In this document: piece after piece, positions 17,550 through 27,149 of the stretch | Position numbering within the stretch: the first letter of the stretch is position 1 | Layout of the letters: every line of letters begins with the position of its first letter | NCBI GenBank assembly: GCA_015064625.1 | Contig: SVRW01000010.1 | Span: 5,136 to 69,135 of the forward strand | DNA from: Oscillospiraceae bacterium | Lineage (GTDB): Bacteria > Bacillota > Clostridia > Oscillospirales > CAG-382 | Length of the DNA stretch: 64,000 bases | Direction of reading: 5' to 3' | Made by a program: the position numbers and the translations under genes | Notes under the pieces: generated by a model | Database searches by the model: none | Seen by the model: the letters and a program-made list of their open reading frames with translations, nothing else | What the model was told of the DNA's origin: nothing

Positions 17550-20045
17550 ATGAATGAAGAAAAGCAAAACAAGAAAGATAAAAAAGAGCAAAATCAAGGT
17601 ATAAGCATAGGAAACCTTGGCTTCGACAATGATGATTTTGAAGAAAAAGGCGAGGATTCTCCTACACCTGAAAAGGAACGTAAAAAGAATATATCTTTGA
17701 ATGAAAAAGGCAAAAAGAAAAAATGGAAAAAGCCTGTTCGTGAACATAGCAAAACGTCTATGGATTTCCGCAAGAATTCTGTTTTGTGGGTAATGATGGC
17801 TGTTTTTCTTTTTCTTATAACGGTTTTGTATTCTCTTATGGTAATAGATCCCGACGGTCTTTCGCAAAAGGCATCTGAGCAATATACAAGAGAAACAACC
17901 CTTAGTGCGAAGCGCGGAATTATCTACGACAGGAACATGAACGTTCTTGCCACGAATTATACTGTTTACACCGTTTTCATCTCCCCGAGAGATATCGAAA
18001 CGGAGATTCAGCATAAGCTTGTGGTTGACGGCTTGGTGGATATTTTGGGTGTTGACCGTGAAAAAGTGGAAGAACGTACCAAGAAAAATACCAGATATGA
18101 GGTAATTGCAAAAGAGGTTGACGAGGAAAAAGCAACTGAGCTTCGAACGTATATTTCAAAGGTTTTGGCGAGAACAAGAAGTCATGAAAATCCTCGTGGT
18201 ATTGATTTATCTGTTATCATAAATCTGGAGGAAGAAACCAAAAGATATTATCCGTATGGTTCTCTTGCATCAAATATAATAGGCTTTGTCAGCGGCTCTG
18301 AAAACTCCAAAGATCTTGTCGGTGTATATGGTGCAGAAGCAACTTATGAAAACGTTCTGAAAGGTGTAAACGGAAAAATAGTTAAAGCGGCTGATGGCAG
18401 AGGTAATGACCTTGCATATAAGTATGAAACGTATATAGAGCCGCAAAATGGTAAAAATCTCGTGCTTTCCATAGATATAACTATTCAGGCGATGCTTGAA
18501 AAGTATCTTGAAGAGGCTTATTACGATAATAATTATCCTCCTGAAGGTGTTGCAGGGATTATTATGAATGTAAATACGGGAGAAATTCTTGCGTCGGCAA
18601 AATATCCATCTTTTGATTTGAATAATCCTAAAACTCTCAATGAGTTTTATCAAAAGCAATACGATGCTCTTCCCGAGGATGAACGGACGTCTGAAAAATT
18701 CGTTGAATATCTTATGAAGCAATGGCAGGACAAAATTGCTATGGGCACTTATGAACCTGGCTCAACCTTTAAGATATTCACAGCGGCAACTGCACTTGAA
18801 GAAGGCGTTGTATCCTTGAATGACAGCTTGAATTGCCCTGGATATATAACTGTTGGCGGTACAAGAATCAACTGCCATAAAACAAGCGGACACGGTCATC
18901 AAAGCTTTGCACAGACCTTGCAGAATTCATGTAACCCAGCTTTTGTAACTTGGGGACAGGAAATAGGTAAACAAACATTCCTTGAATATTATGAATCATT
19001 TGGATATATGGATAAAACGGGAAGTGATATGTACGCTGAATCCGCAACCATATATTTTGAAACAACAAAATCACAGTTTGAAACTGTTGAGCTTGCAACC
19101 TATTCATTCGGTCAGACCTTCAAAACAACAATGCTTCAGCAGATAAGAGGCGTTTCCGTTGTGGCAAACGGAGGAACTCTTGTAACACCGCACGTCGGTG
19201 TTGGTATATGTGATGTTGATGGAAATATGACGGAGACTTACGAATACGAGTCAACGTTGCAAGTTATTTCCGATGGTACGTCAAAAACCATTCTTTCCAT
19301 CCTTGAGGAAGGATCTCAGATGGGAACTACGAAGAATGCAACAGTTGCAGGATATTCTATTGCCGCAAAAACGGGAACTTCACAGAAAATCAATGAGAGA
19401 AACCAATACGAAGCAATTCACGGCGAAGGTTCGGGAAAAAACCTTTTCTACATTGGTTCTTGCGTCGCATTTGCACCCGCTGAAGATCCACAGATTGCAA
19501 TTCTTGTAGCAATTGACGAGCCAAGAGGAAAGGATTCTTACGGAAATCCTGTGTTTTACGGTGGTGTAATTGCCGCTCCTGTTGTTTCTAAGGTTTTGAC
19601 AGAGGTTTTGCCTTATATGGAAATACCCAGAAGCGACGAAAATGCTCCTGTTAACGAAAAGGTGGAAAATTATGAAACGTTATCTGTTGTTTCTGCCAAA
19701 GAAAAGATTGAAGCCGCAGGCTTTGCTTGTCAGGTTATAGGAACAGGAGATACGGTTGTTTCTCAAAGTCCCGAGGCGGGAGCTTATATGATTAAAGATG
19801 GGAAAGTATTTTTATATACGGATGACTCTGAGGTTGAATATGTAACCGTACCTTCTTTAAAAAATTATTCTCCTGCAAAAGTTAAAAAATCACTTGATAA
19901 ATTGGGACTTAACTATTCATACGGTGGAGCTTATACAGGTGCCGGAACACCGAGAGCAGTATCCCAAACCTTATCCGAGGGACAGAAAGTTCCCAAGGGT
20001 ACGGTTGTTGGAATTGAATTCTTTTATGATGGAATTATAGGATGA
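17550..20045 (+). CDS. Class B penicillin-binding protein (FtsI/PBP2B/SpoVD-type) with two PASTA domains
   Basis: 831 aa. STFK (GSTFKIF), S-x-N (NSCNP) and KTG (AKTGTS) motifs, two C-terminal PASTA-like repeats, and a ~75-aa Lys/Glu-rich N-terminal extension before the TM helix. Confidence 0.9.
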   Translation: MNEEKQNKKDKKEQNQGISIGNLGFDNDDFEEKGEDSPTPEKERKKNISLNEKGKKKKWKKPVREHSKTSMDFRKNSVLWVMMAVFLFLITVLYSLMVIDPDGLSQKASEQYTRETTLSAKRGIIYDRNMNVLATNYTVYTVFISPRDIETEIQHKLVVDGLVDILGVDREKVEERTKKNTRYEVIAKEVDEEKATELRTYISKVLARTRSHENPRGIDLSVIINLEEETKRYYPYGSLASNIIGFVSGSENSKDLVGVYGAEATYENVLKGVNGKIVKAADGRGNDLAYKYETYIEPQNGKNLVLSIDITIQAMLEKYLEEAYYDNNYPPEGVAGIIMNVNTGEILASAKYPSFDLNNPKTLNEFYQKQYDALPEDERTSEKFVEYLMKQWQDKIAMGTYEPGSTFKIFTAATALEEGVVSLNDSLNCPGYITVGGTRINCHKTSGHGHQSFAQTLQNSCNPAFVTWGQEIGKQTFLEYYESFGYMDKTGSDMYAESATIYFETTKSQFETVELATYSFGQTFKTTMLQQIRGVSVVANGGTLVTPHVGVGICDVDGNMTETYEYESTLQVISDGTSKTILSILEEGSQMGTTKNATVAGYSIAAKTGTSQKINERNQYEAIHGEGSGKNLFYIGSCVAFAPAEDPQIAILVAIDEPRGKDSYGNPVFYGGVIAAPVVSKVLTEVLPYMEIPRSDENAPVNEKVENYETLSVVSAKEKIEAAGFACQVIGTGDTVVSQSPEAGAYMIKDGKVFLYTDDSEVEYVTVPSLKNYSPAKVKKSLDKLGLNYSYGGAYTGAGTPRAVSQTLSEGQKVPKGTVVGIEFFYDGIIG

Positions 20046-20052
20046 TATAATA

Positions 20053-21405
20053 ATGAATTATACTTTGGAAAATATAGCCGCTTTTACAGGCGGTAAACGC
20101 AGCCTTGAATTTGACGGCGAAATGATTGTCAATAATGTGCTTTCCGATAGCAGAAAGGTTGAAGGAGAGGGAAATTTATTCGTTGCCCTTCGCGGAGATA
20201 GATTTGACGGCCATAATTTTGTGGACTCTATAACTGCTTCAGGAAAGAACTGTGCTATAATTGAAGATGAAAAATTTCTGACGAGAAATACTGTTTTGGT
20301 TCCCGACGTAAGAAAGGCATTGTATGATATAGCAATGCTTCGGAGAAAAAATGAACTTAACTCTATAAAATGTGTTGTGGTTACTGGAAGCGTTGGAAAA
20401 ACTTCAACGAAGGAATACGTAAACGGTGTATTTTCTTCAAAGTATAAAGTATATAAATCCCCTGGAAATATGAATAGCTATACGGGGCTTCCAATGGTTA
20501 TTCTGAATGCTCCAGATGATTCTAACTATATGATTCTTGAGCTTGGAATGAATACGGCAGGGGAGATATCGACGCTTTCGAAGCTTGCTAAACCGGATAT
20601 CGGAATAATTACAAATATTGGCTGGTCACATAGCGAATATTTAGGTGGCAGAGAAAATATCCGCAAAGAAAAATTGGATATAACCGTTGGGATGAATGGC
20701 GGTATCCTTATAGTTAACGGCGACGACGATATGCTTAACGGAAATATTGACCGTGGATGTGACGTTGTGCGTTGTTCACTTGAGGACAAAAAAGCGGATT
20801 TTTATTGTAGTAATATCAATGAACGCGACGGAAAAATCTTCTTTACTGTAAATGGAAAAGAAGCTTTTATAAGGCAGATAGGCGTTCATAACGTTAAAAA
20901 CGCAATGCTTGCTTATGCTGCAGGAATAACCGCAGGTGTTTCACATGATGAAGCAGTAGCAGGCCTTTCCGCAATATCAGAGAAAGAAGGAAGAATAAAA
21001 GTCAGAGGTGGAAAAAACGGCTCTTTTGTAATAGATGATTGCTATAATGCCGCTCCTGAATCAATGAAAGCCGCTCTTGATTATCTGAAAACACGTAGTG
21101 GAAGAAGAATTGCTGTTTTGGGCGATATGCTTGAGCTTGGAGATACTGCACCTTTGCTTCATGAAAACGTTGGAAAACATGCAGGAAGCTGCTGTGACGT
21201 TCTTTTGTGCTACGGTGAACTTGGCAAGTATATTGCCAAAGGAGCGAAAGAGGCGGGTCATAAAAATGTTTTTCATTTTTCCGCAGACGAGAGAGAGCTT
21301 TTTGTAAAAGAAATTGATAAATATGCGGAAAATAATACTTATATTCTTTTTAAGGCAAGTAACAGAATGAGATTTGGGGAAGTTATTTCCTCAATAAATA
21401 TATAA
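20053..21405 (+). CDS. murF: UDP-N-acetylmuramoyl-tripeptide--D-alanyl-D-alanine ligase
   Basis: 450 aa. Mur ligase P-loop VTGSVGKTST, with dcw context. Confidence 0.9.
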   Translation: MNYTLENIAAFTGGKRSLEFDGEMIVNNVLSDSRKVEGEGNLFVALRGDRFDGHNFVDSITASGKNCAIIEDEKFLTRNTVLVPDVRKALYDIAMLRRKNELNSIKCVVVTGSVGKTSTKEYVNGVFSSKYKVYKSPGNMNSYTGLPMVILNAPDDSNYMILELGMNTAGEISTLSKLAKPDIGIITNIGWSHSEYLGGRENIRKEKLDITVGMNGGILIVNGDDDMLNGNIDRGCDVVRCSLEDKKADFYCSNINERDGKIFFTVNGKEAFIRQIGVHNVKNAMLAYAAGITAGVSHDEAVAGLSAISEKEGRIKVRGGKNGSFVIDDCYNAAPESMKAALDYLKTRSGRRIAVLGDMLELGDTAPLLHENVGKHAGSCCDVLLCYGELGKYIAKGAKEAGHKNVFHFSADERELFVKEIDKYAENNTYILFKASNRMRFGEVISSINI

Positions 21406-21455
21406 AAAGTTTATAATATAACCGACAAATAAAAATAAAACGGGGTTATAATAAA

Positions 21456-22445
21456 ATGGGATTGATATATAAAACTTGTTTTGCTTTCATCATAGCATTT
21501 GCAGTTTCTGCATTGCTTCTCAAAATATTTATTCCTATCTTAAGAAAAGCAAAGCTGGGACAAAAAATTCTTGAAATAGGACCTTCATGGCATAAATGCA
21601 AAGAGGGAACTCCAACCATGGGCGGCTTGTTCTTTATGATTGGTATTTTTGCCGCAGCGGGAATTTTTCTGTTGCCACATGATATAAAAAATGGCGATTA
21701 TTCCTTGCTTATACATATGCTCTTTGCTTTGTCATACGGTATAGTCGGATTTGTTGACGATTACGTAAAGCTGTTTAAAAAGCAGAATAAGGGATTGACT
21801 CCTATGCAAAAGCTGGCGATACAAACCGTCTTTACGGTTGCGTATCTTGTTTTGCTTGTAAAATTTGAATACGTTGATACAACCTTGAGAATTCCTTTTT
21901 TTGGAAGTCTTGACCTTGGATTTTTCTATTATCCTGTTTGCACTCTTGCTATAATGTATCTTGTAAACTGTGCAAATCTGACGGACGGTATTGACGGACT
22001 TGCAGGAAGCGTTGCGGCGGTTATTTTTCTGTTCTTTTCGTTGTTGACTTATAAACTTTTTCTGACAAGTCATGAAAGCCTTTTTGTGCTTTCCATAGCT
22101 TGCCTTGGAGCGATGCTTGCATTCCTCGTTTTTAATTTCCATCCTGCGAAGGTCTTTATGGGCGATACGGGTTCGCAGTTTCTGGGAGCGATGATTGTAG
22201 CTATGTGCTTTGCTGTCAATGCAGGTGTATGGTCTGTTGTGATATGCTTTATCTATCTTATTGAAGGAATCTCTGTAATTCTACAGGTTATGTCTTATAA
22301 GCTTACGGGAAAAAGAATCTTCAAAATGGCTCCTATTCATCATCATTTTGAAAAAAGCGGGTGGAGTGAGGTTAAGATAGTTTTTGTGTTCTCAACTGTA
22401 ACGGCTCTTTTCTCAGCATTGACTTATTTTTTGTTCACATTATAA
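21456..22445 (+). CDS. mraY: Phospho-N-acetylmuramoyl-pentapeptide transferase
   Basis: 329 aa polytopic protein. NLTDGIDGLA and MGDTGSQFLG motifs. Confidence 0.95.
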   Translation: MGLIYKTCFAFIIAFAVSALLLKIFIPILRKAKLGQKILEIGPSWHKCKEGTPTMGGLFFMIGIFAAAGIFLLPHDIKNGDYSLLIHMLFALSYGIVGFVDDYVKLFKKQNKGLTPMQKLAIQTVFTVAYLVLLVKFEYVDTTLRIPFFGSLDLGFFYYPVCTLAIMYLVNCANLTDGIDGLAGSVAAVIFLFFSLLTYKLFLTSHESLFVLSIACLGAMLAFLVFNFHPAKVFMGDTGSQFLGAMIVAMCFAVNAGVWSVVICFIYLIEGISVILQVMSYKLTGKRIFKMAPIHHHFEKSGWSEVKIVFVFSTVTALFSALTYFLFTL

Positions 22446-22476
22446 AATTCAGGCGAAATAATACGGGGGAGAAAAA

Positions 22477-23709
22477 ATGTTTGATAAAAATTCAAATAAA
22501 GCGAAAGACACAAAAAGTAAAAGAAAAGCTCTTTCTGTAAATACTGAAAACTCCCTGACGGAAGCACGCCCTGCACAGAGAATGGTGAGAATAATAGGTG
22601 AGGTTGATAAACCCTTTATGATTCTCACTCTCGTTCTTATTGGTATAGGTGTAATTGCTGTTGCAAGCTCAAGCTATTCCTATGCTGAAGCCAATCATGG
22701 CGACAGCTATTACTTTACTAAAAATCATATATTTTACGTTATCCTTGGCATAGCGGCAATGTTTGCGGCATCATTATTGGACTACAGAATTTATAAAAAA
22801 TTGAGCCGTCTTATTTACGGAATTGCAATAGTTCTTTGTGTTGCGGTTTTTATTCCTGGACTCGGTCATACAAGTGGCGGTGCAACACGTTGGCTAAATC
22901 TTGGTATTAAATTTCAGCCATCAGAAATATTGAAATTTGCAGTTATAGTTGTATGTGCCAAATATGCGGCTGATGCAAAAGAAAAAATTAAAGGCTTCAA
23001 ATGCCTTGGCTTTTACGTTCTCATACTTGGTATAAGTGCGGGAATTCTCGTTCCACAACCACATCTTTCATGTATTATAATACTTTGTGCCCTTGTTTTC
23101 TGCATGATGGTTATGGGCGGTGTTAATTGGATTTATCTTCTTTCTGCATTGGGACTCGCAGGAGTTGCGGGAGTGGTTCTTATAAGCGTTCTTCCCAAAC
23201 TTTCTTTCCTTTCCCATGCTGGTTCACGTCTTGCTGTATGGTTTGATCCCTTTGATCCACTTTATTTTAAAAATGACGGATGGCAACCTGCCCAATCTCT
23301 CTTCGCAATAGCTTCGGGAGGAGTATGGGGCGTTGGTCTCGGTCAGAGTAACCAGAAGGACGGATATATACCCGAACCTCAGAACGACTATATTTTTTCA
23401 GTTATATGTGAAGAAATGGGTTTTGTTGGCGCAGTTGCGATAATGCTCGTTTTTGCCGCTCTCATATGGCGCGGTATGTATATCGCCAAAAAAGCACCAA
23501 CGGTTTTTTCGGGGCTTTTGGTTGCAGGCATTGTTTGTCAGATAGGAATACAAACCCTTCTTAATATTGCAGTAGTATCAAACACCCTTCCAAGTACGGG
23601 TATAAGCTTGCCTTTCTTGAGCTACGGTGGAACTTCACTTGTAATTCTTATGGCACAGGCAGGAATCGTTTTATCCGTTTCGAGACATTCAATAGTTGAG
23701 CAGGAGTAA
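22477..23709 (+). CDS. ftsW: SEDS-family peptidoglycan polymerase FtsW/SpoVE
   Basis: 410 aa polytopic protein. PEPQNDYIFS and LPSTGISLPFLSYGGTS blocks. Confidence 0.9.
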   Translation: MFDKNSNKAKDTKSKRKALSVNTENSLTEARPAQRMVRIIGEVDKPFMILTLVLIGIGVIAVASSSYSYAEANHGDSYYFTKNHIFYVILGIAAMFAASLLDYRIYKKLSRLIYGIAIVLCVAVFIPGLGHTSGGATRWLNLGIKFQPSEILKFAVIVVCAKYAADAKEKIKGFKCLGFYVLILGISAGILVPQPHLSCIIILCALVFCMMVMGGVNWIYLLSALGLAGVAGVVLISVLPKLSFLSHAGSRLAVWFDPFDPLYFKNDGWQPAQSLFAIASGGVWGVGLGQSNQKDGYIPEPQNDYIFSVICEEMGFVGAVAIMLVFAALIWRGMYIAKKAPTVFSGLLVAGIVCQIGIQTLLNIAVVSNTLPSTGISLPFLSYGGTSLVILMAQAGIVLSVSRHSIVEQE

Positions 23710-23712
23710 AAT

Positions 23713-24861
23713 ATGAGTAACGTATACGAAATAAATAAATCTGATAAAAGAATAAGAGTAGTTTTTTCCTGCGGTGGAACGGGCGGACATATATATCCTG
23801 CCATATCTATTGCTGATTGTATAAAAAGTAAATACCATAACGCTGAAATTCTCTTTGTTGGAAGCAAACGGGGAATGGAAAAAAGACTTGTTGAAGCGGC
23901 GGGGTATAAAATAGAAACTATTGATATTCAGGGCTTTACAAGAAAGCTTACTTTGTCAAATATAAAAACTGCTGTCAAGGCCATGACGAGCGTAAGTAAG
24001 GCTAAAAAGCTTATATCAAAATTTATGCCTGACGTTATTATCGGTACAGGTGGATACGCAAGCTGGGCGGCTGTTAGAGCAGGCGAAAAAATGGGAATCC
24101 CCACGTTGATTCATGAACAGAATGCATATCCCGGTATGACAACGAGAAAGCTTGCTAAATCTGCTGATAAGGTTTGTTTAAGCTATGAAGAAAGCAAAAA
24201 ATACTTCACCGAAACAAAAGGCGAGATAATTCTTACGGGAAACCCTGTATCACCAAAGCTTTATTCTTATGAATATGATCTTAACAGAGCGGAAATGGGA
24301 ATATCCCGCGATAAGATATTCGTTCTTTCCTTTGGTGGAAGTCTTGGTGCTTCCTGCATAAATGACAACGTTCTCAATACCGTTGGGAAGCTTCTTGAAA
24401 GCAAACCTGATTTGATATATCGTCATGTTGCAGGAAAAAGAGATTACGAAAGATGCGTCGCGTTAGCAAGCAAATTTGGACTTGATAAATATCCAAATTT
24501 TCAGTTGTATGAGTATATGTACGATCTTCCGAAGCAGATGGCTGCAGCGGATGTTGTTATCTCTCGTGCTGGTGCTATAACAATAACTGAAGCGGCATTC
24601 CTTGGTAAAGCAACGGTTCTGATACCGTCACCAAACGTTGCGGAAAATCATCAGTTCAAAAACGCATTGGTTCTTGAAAAATCAAAAGCGGCAGTAATGA
24701 TTGAGGAGAAAAATTTAAATCCTTCCGTACTTTACGATACTGTGATTGAGCTTGTGAATGACGGTAAAAAGAGAGCTTCACTTTCTGAAAATATTAAAAA
24801 ATTCGCATCGGAAAGAGCAGTTGAAAATATTGTTACGGAAGCACTTGGATTAGTGAAATAA
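23713..24861 (+). CDS. murG: UDP-N-acetylglucosamine--N-acetylmuramyl-(pentapeptide) pyrophosphoryl-undecaprenol GlcNAc transferase
   Basis: 382 aa. N-terminal GGTGGHIYPAISIA and the C-terminal SRAGAITITE block. Confidence 0.95.
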   Translation: MSNVYEINKSDKRIRVVFSCGGTGGHIYPAISIADCIKSKYHNAEILFVGSKRGMEKRLVEAAGYKIETIDIQGFTRKLTLSNIKTAVKAMTSVSKAKKLISKFMPDVIIGTGGYASWAAVRAGEKMGIPTLIHEQNAYPGMTTRKLAKSADKVCLSYEESKKYFTETKGEIILTGNPVSPKLYSYEYDLNRAEMGISRDKIFVLSFGGSLGASCINDNVLNTVGKLLESKPDLIYRHVAGKRDYERCVALASKFGLDKYPNFQLYEYMYDLPKQMAAADVVISRAGAITITEAAFLGKATVLIPSPNVAENHQFKNALVLEKSKAAVMIEEKNLNPSVLYDTVIELVNDGKKRASLSENIKKFASERAVENIVTEALGLVK

Positions 24862-24881
24862 TTAAACGGAAAAGGTCTGAA

Positions 24882-25673
24882 ATGAACAAAGATACGGATT
24901 ATGAAAAGGTGAATGAAACCCACCAGATAGAAAATGCGAGGCAACGTAAGATTAAACGCAGAAGAAAAAGCTATATCTTTTTGTTGCTTCTGATTCTTTG
25001 CGCCTTCTTCTATCTTTGCTATCAGTATTTGTTCAAGGTGGTGTCCGTTGAATACGTAGGTAACGAATATTATTCAAACGATACGCTGTCCGAGGCGTTT
25101 GGAATAAAATCAGGGGACAGACTTTTCGGATATTCAAAGAACGAAAAGGAAGAAAAGCTTCTTTCTGAATTTCCGTATCTTGCGGAATGTGAAATAAAAA
25201 GAACAGTCCCTGATAAAATAACCGTTACCGTACGTGAGCGTAAAAGCATAATGTATACTTATTCCTTGGGAAGATATATAATTTTTGATAAGGATATGGT
25301 TGTAGTTGAGCTTGCGGATAAAGAGCCTGTTGGCTTGATGAAGGTTGAGTTTGACGAAGGAATTCTTCAAAGATGTGTTTTGGGAAAAGAGATTCTTTTT
25401 AAGGATGAAAAAACAGGCGTGGGTATTTACAGAGTTTACGAAGCTGTAACTGCATCATCTCTTAGCGATAAAATAAAAAGTATAACAGTCAAAAGCAGAT
25501 TCGATTATTACCTTGATTATGATGGAAGACATAACGTGTATTTAGGCGACAGTACAGAATGTAAATCAAAGCTTTTGTTCCTTGACGGAATATTGCAAAA
25601 GCTTCCCGAAGATGCAAATGGGAACATAGATATATCGAATTTAAAAGAGGGATCTTACCGTGAAAACGGATAA
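24882..25673 (+). CDS. ftsQ: Cell division protein FtsQ/DivIB
   Basis: 263 aa. A basic N-terminus, one TM helix and a POTRA-like segment. Position between murG and ftsZ. Confidence 0.75.
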   Translation: MNKDTDYEKVNETHQIENARQRKIKRRRKSYIFLLLLILCAFFYLCYQYLFKVVSVEYVGNEYYSNDTLSEAFGIKSGDRLFGYSKNEKEEKLLSEFPYLAECEIKRTVPDKITVTVRERKSIMYTYSLGRYIIFDKDMVVVELADKEPVGLMKVEFDEGILQRCVLGKEILFKDEKTGVGIYRVYEAVTASSLSDKIKSITVKSRFDYYLDYDGRHNVYLGDSTECKSKLLFLDGILQKLPEDANGNIDISNLKEGSYRENG

Positions 25674-25846
25674 TTTTCCCGAAGAAAATCAAAAAATAAC
25701 GGAAAAATAAGGCGAAAAACCAGAAGTATGATAAAATAATACAAAAAAAGTGTAAAAAAAACAAAAAAAGCTCTTGCATTTATGGAAAAAACATATTATA
25801 ATATCACTATAAGTAAAATAGGAAGTATAATTGGAGGAAAAAATAA

Positions 25847-26977
25847 ATGGATAAGTCTTACATCAATCAGCCACCTGTTTTAATTAAAGTTATAGGTGTT
25901 GGCGGAGGCGGCGGAAATGCCGTTAACAGAATGATCAGCACATCTGCAGGTTCTTCAGTTTCTACACAGAAGTCCGATGCTTTTGCAAGTGTTGAATATA
26001 TCAATATCAACACAGACCTTGCTATTCTTCAGAAATCCGTTGCTCCCATAAAAATTTCTATCGGCGAACGCATTACAAAGGGTAGAGGCGCAGGTGCTAA
26101 CCCTGAATTGGGCGAAAAAGCCGCTGATGAATCAATCGAAGCTATAACTGAAGCTATCAAAGGCGCAGATATGGTGTTCATCACCGCAGGTATGGGCGGT
26201 GGAACAGGAACGGGCGCCGCTCCTATCGTTGCAAGAATTGCAAAACAGTTGGAAATTCTTACTGTTGCTGTTGTAACAAAGCCTTTCAAATTTGAAGGTG
26301 CAAGAAGAATGGCTCAAGCAGAAGCAGGTATCGAAAAGCTTCGTGAATACGTTGACTCTCTCATCGTTATTCCTAACGAACGTCTTAAGATGCTTACAGA
26401 TAAGAAAATAACTCTTCTTAACGCTTTCCAGGAAGCTGACGACGTTTTGAAGAAGGGCGTTCAGAGCATTTGCGATCTTATTTTGGTTGACGCAGAAATC
26501 AACCTTGACTTTGCAGACGTTCAGACTGTTATGCGTGGTGCAGGACTTGCTCATATGGGTGTTGGTTCTGCAAAAGGCAAGGACAAAGCAGAACAGGCAG
26601 CAAAGCTTGCTATGTCTTCTCCTTTGTTGGAAACAAATATCAGCGGTGCAAAGGGTATTATCGTAAATATCACAGCTTCTCCCGATGTTGGTCTTGATGA
26701 AGTTGATCAGGCTGTTGAAATGATTACAAATGAAGCTCAGGCTGATGCTCAGATCATCTTCGGTGCTGCTTTCGATCCTACTTTGGAAGACGAAATGAAG
26801 GTTACTCTCGTTGCTACGGGTTTTGACGTTAACAAGAGAACTTCTGAATACAGAAGACCTGTATATACAGCTCCTGCAGCTCCTTCAGCAGAAGCTCCTA
26901 TGGCTGATACTTCTGCAAAAACAAATGCCGATTCTGGCGATGCAGATTTCTTCGATATCATAAACAGAAGAAACTAA
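25847..26977 (+). CDS. ftsZ: Cell division GTPase FtsZ
   Basis: 376 aa. [13 protein letters not shown] and the tubulin signature [10 protein letters not shown]. Contains an unusual Ser/Thr-rich insertion (residues 31-48). Confidence 0.97.
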   Translation: MDKSYINQPPVLIKVIGVGGGGGNAVNRMISTSAGSSVSTQKSDAFASVEYININTDLAILQKSVAPIKISIGERITKGRGAGANPELGEKAADESIEAITEAIKGADMVFITAGMGGGTGTGAAPIVARIAKQLEILTVAVVTKPFKFEGARRMAQAEAGIEKLREYVDSLIVIPNERLKMLTDKKITLLNAFQEADDVLKKGVQSICDLILVDAEINLDFADVQTVMRGAGLAHMGVGSAKGKDKAEQAAKLAMSSPLLETNISGAKGIIVNITASPDVGLDEVDQAVEMITNEAQADAQIIFGAAFDPTLEDEMKVTLVATGFDVNKRTSEYRRPVYTAPAAPSAEAPMADTSAKTNADSGDADFFDIINRRN

Positions 26978-27009
26978 TAAATACTTAAAACCGTTTATAA
27001 ATAAATATT

Positions 27010-27122
27010 CCGCCAGGGTCGCCATTGCGGCCCTGCGGAGTTTCGTTTTAACGTGGAAAACGTGCCGAGCTTCTCGGCTGTATAATGCAAGCCCGACCTT
27101 TTCCAAGGTGGGCTTTTATTTT
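27010..27122 (+). ncRNA. GC-rich cluster of four consecutive hairpins ending in an intrinsic terminator (structured ftsZ 3' UTR or candidate small RNA)
   Basis: Hairpins at 27010-27038 (12 bp with one bulge), 27044-27062 (CGTTTT/AAAACG) and 27064-27078 (GCCGAG/CTCGGC). A terminator at 27089-27115 is followed by TTTTATTTT. Confidence 0.35.
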
Positions 27123-27149
27123 AAAGCGTGTAAATAAATTTACATTGCA

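Noticed and set aside
17388-18014. 208-aa minus-strand ORF spanning the ftsL-pbp spacer and the 5' end of the PBP gene
   Set aside because: It is antisense to a well-supported PBP gene. The sequence is low-complexity and Phe/Ile/Arg-rich, which is typical of reading AT-rich or Lys/Glu-rich coding DNA backwards. It has no RBS or recognisable motif.
26132-26554. 140-aa minus-strand ORF inside ftsZ, with similar antisense ORFs inside mraY (21732..22142), the PBP gene (18270..18722), leuA (60034..60459) and leuC (62111..62569)
   Set aside because: All are antisense to genes with unambiguous conserved motifs, and there is no independent support for any of them.
27079-27086. TGTATAAT as an extended -10 promoter for the LRR gene
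   Set aside because: The TG directly abuts the hexamer, so it does not have TGnTATAAT spacing. No -35 element lies at the proper distance, and the site sits between hairpins upstream of a terminator, which would abort transcripts.
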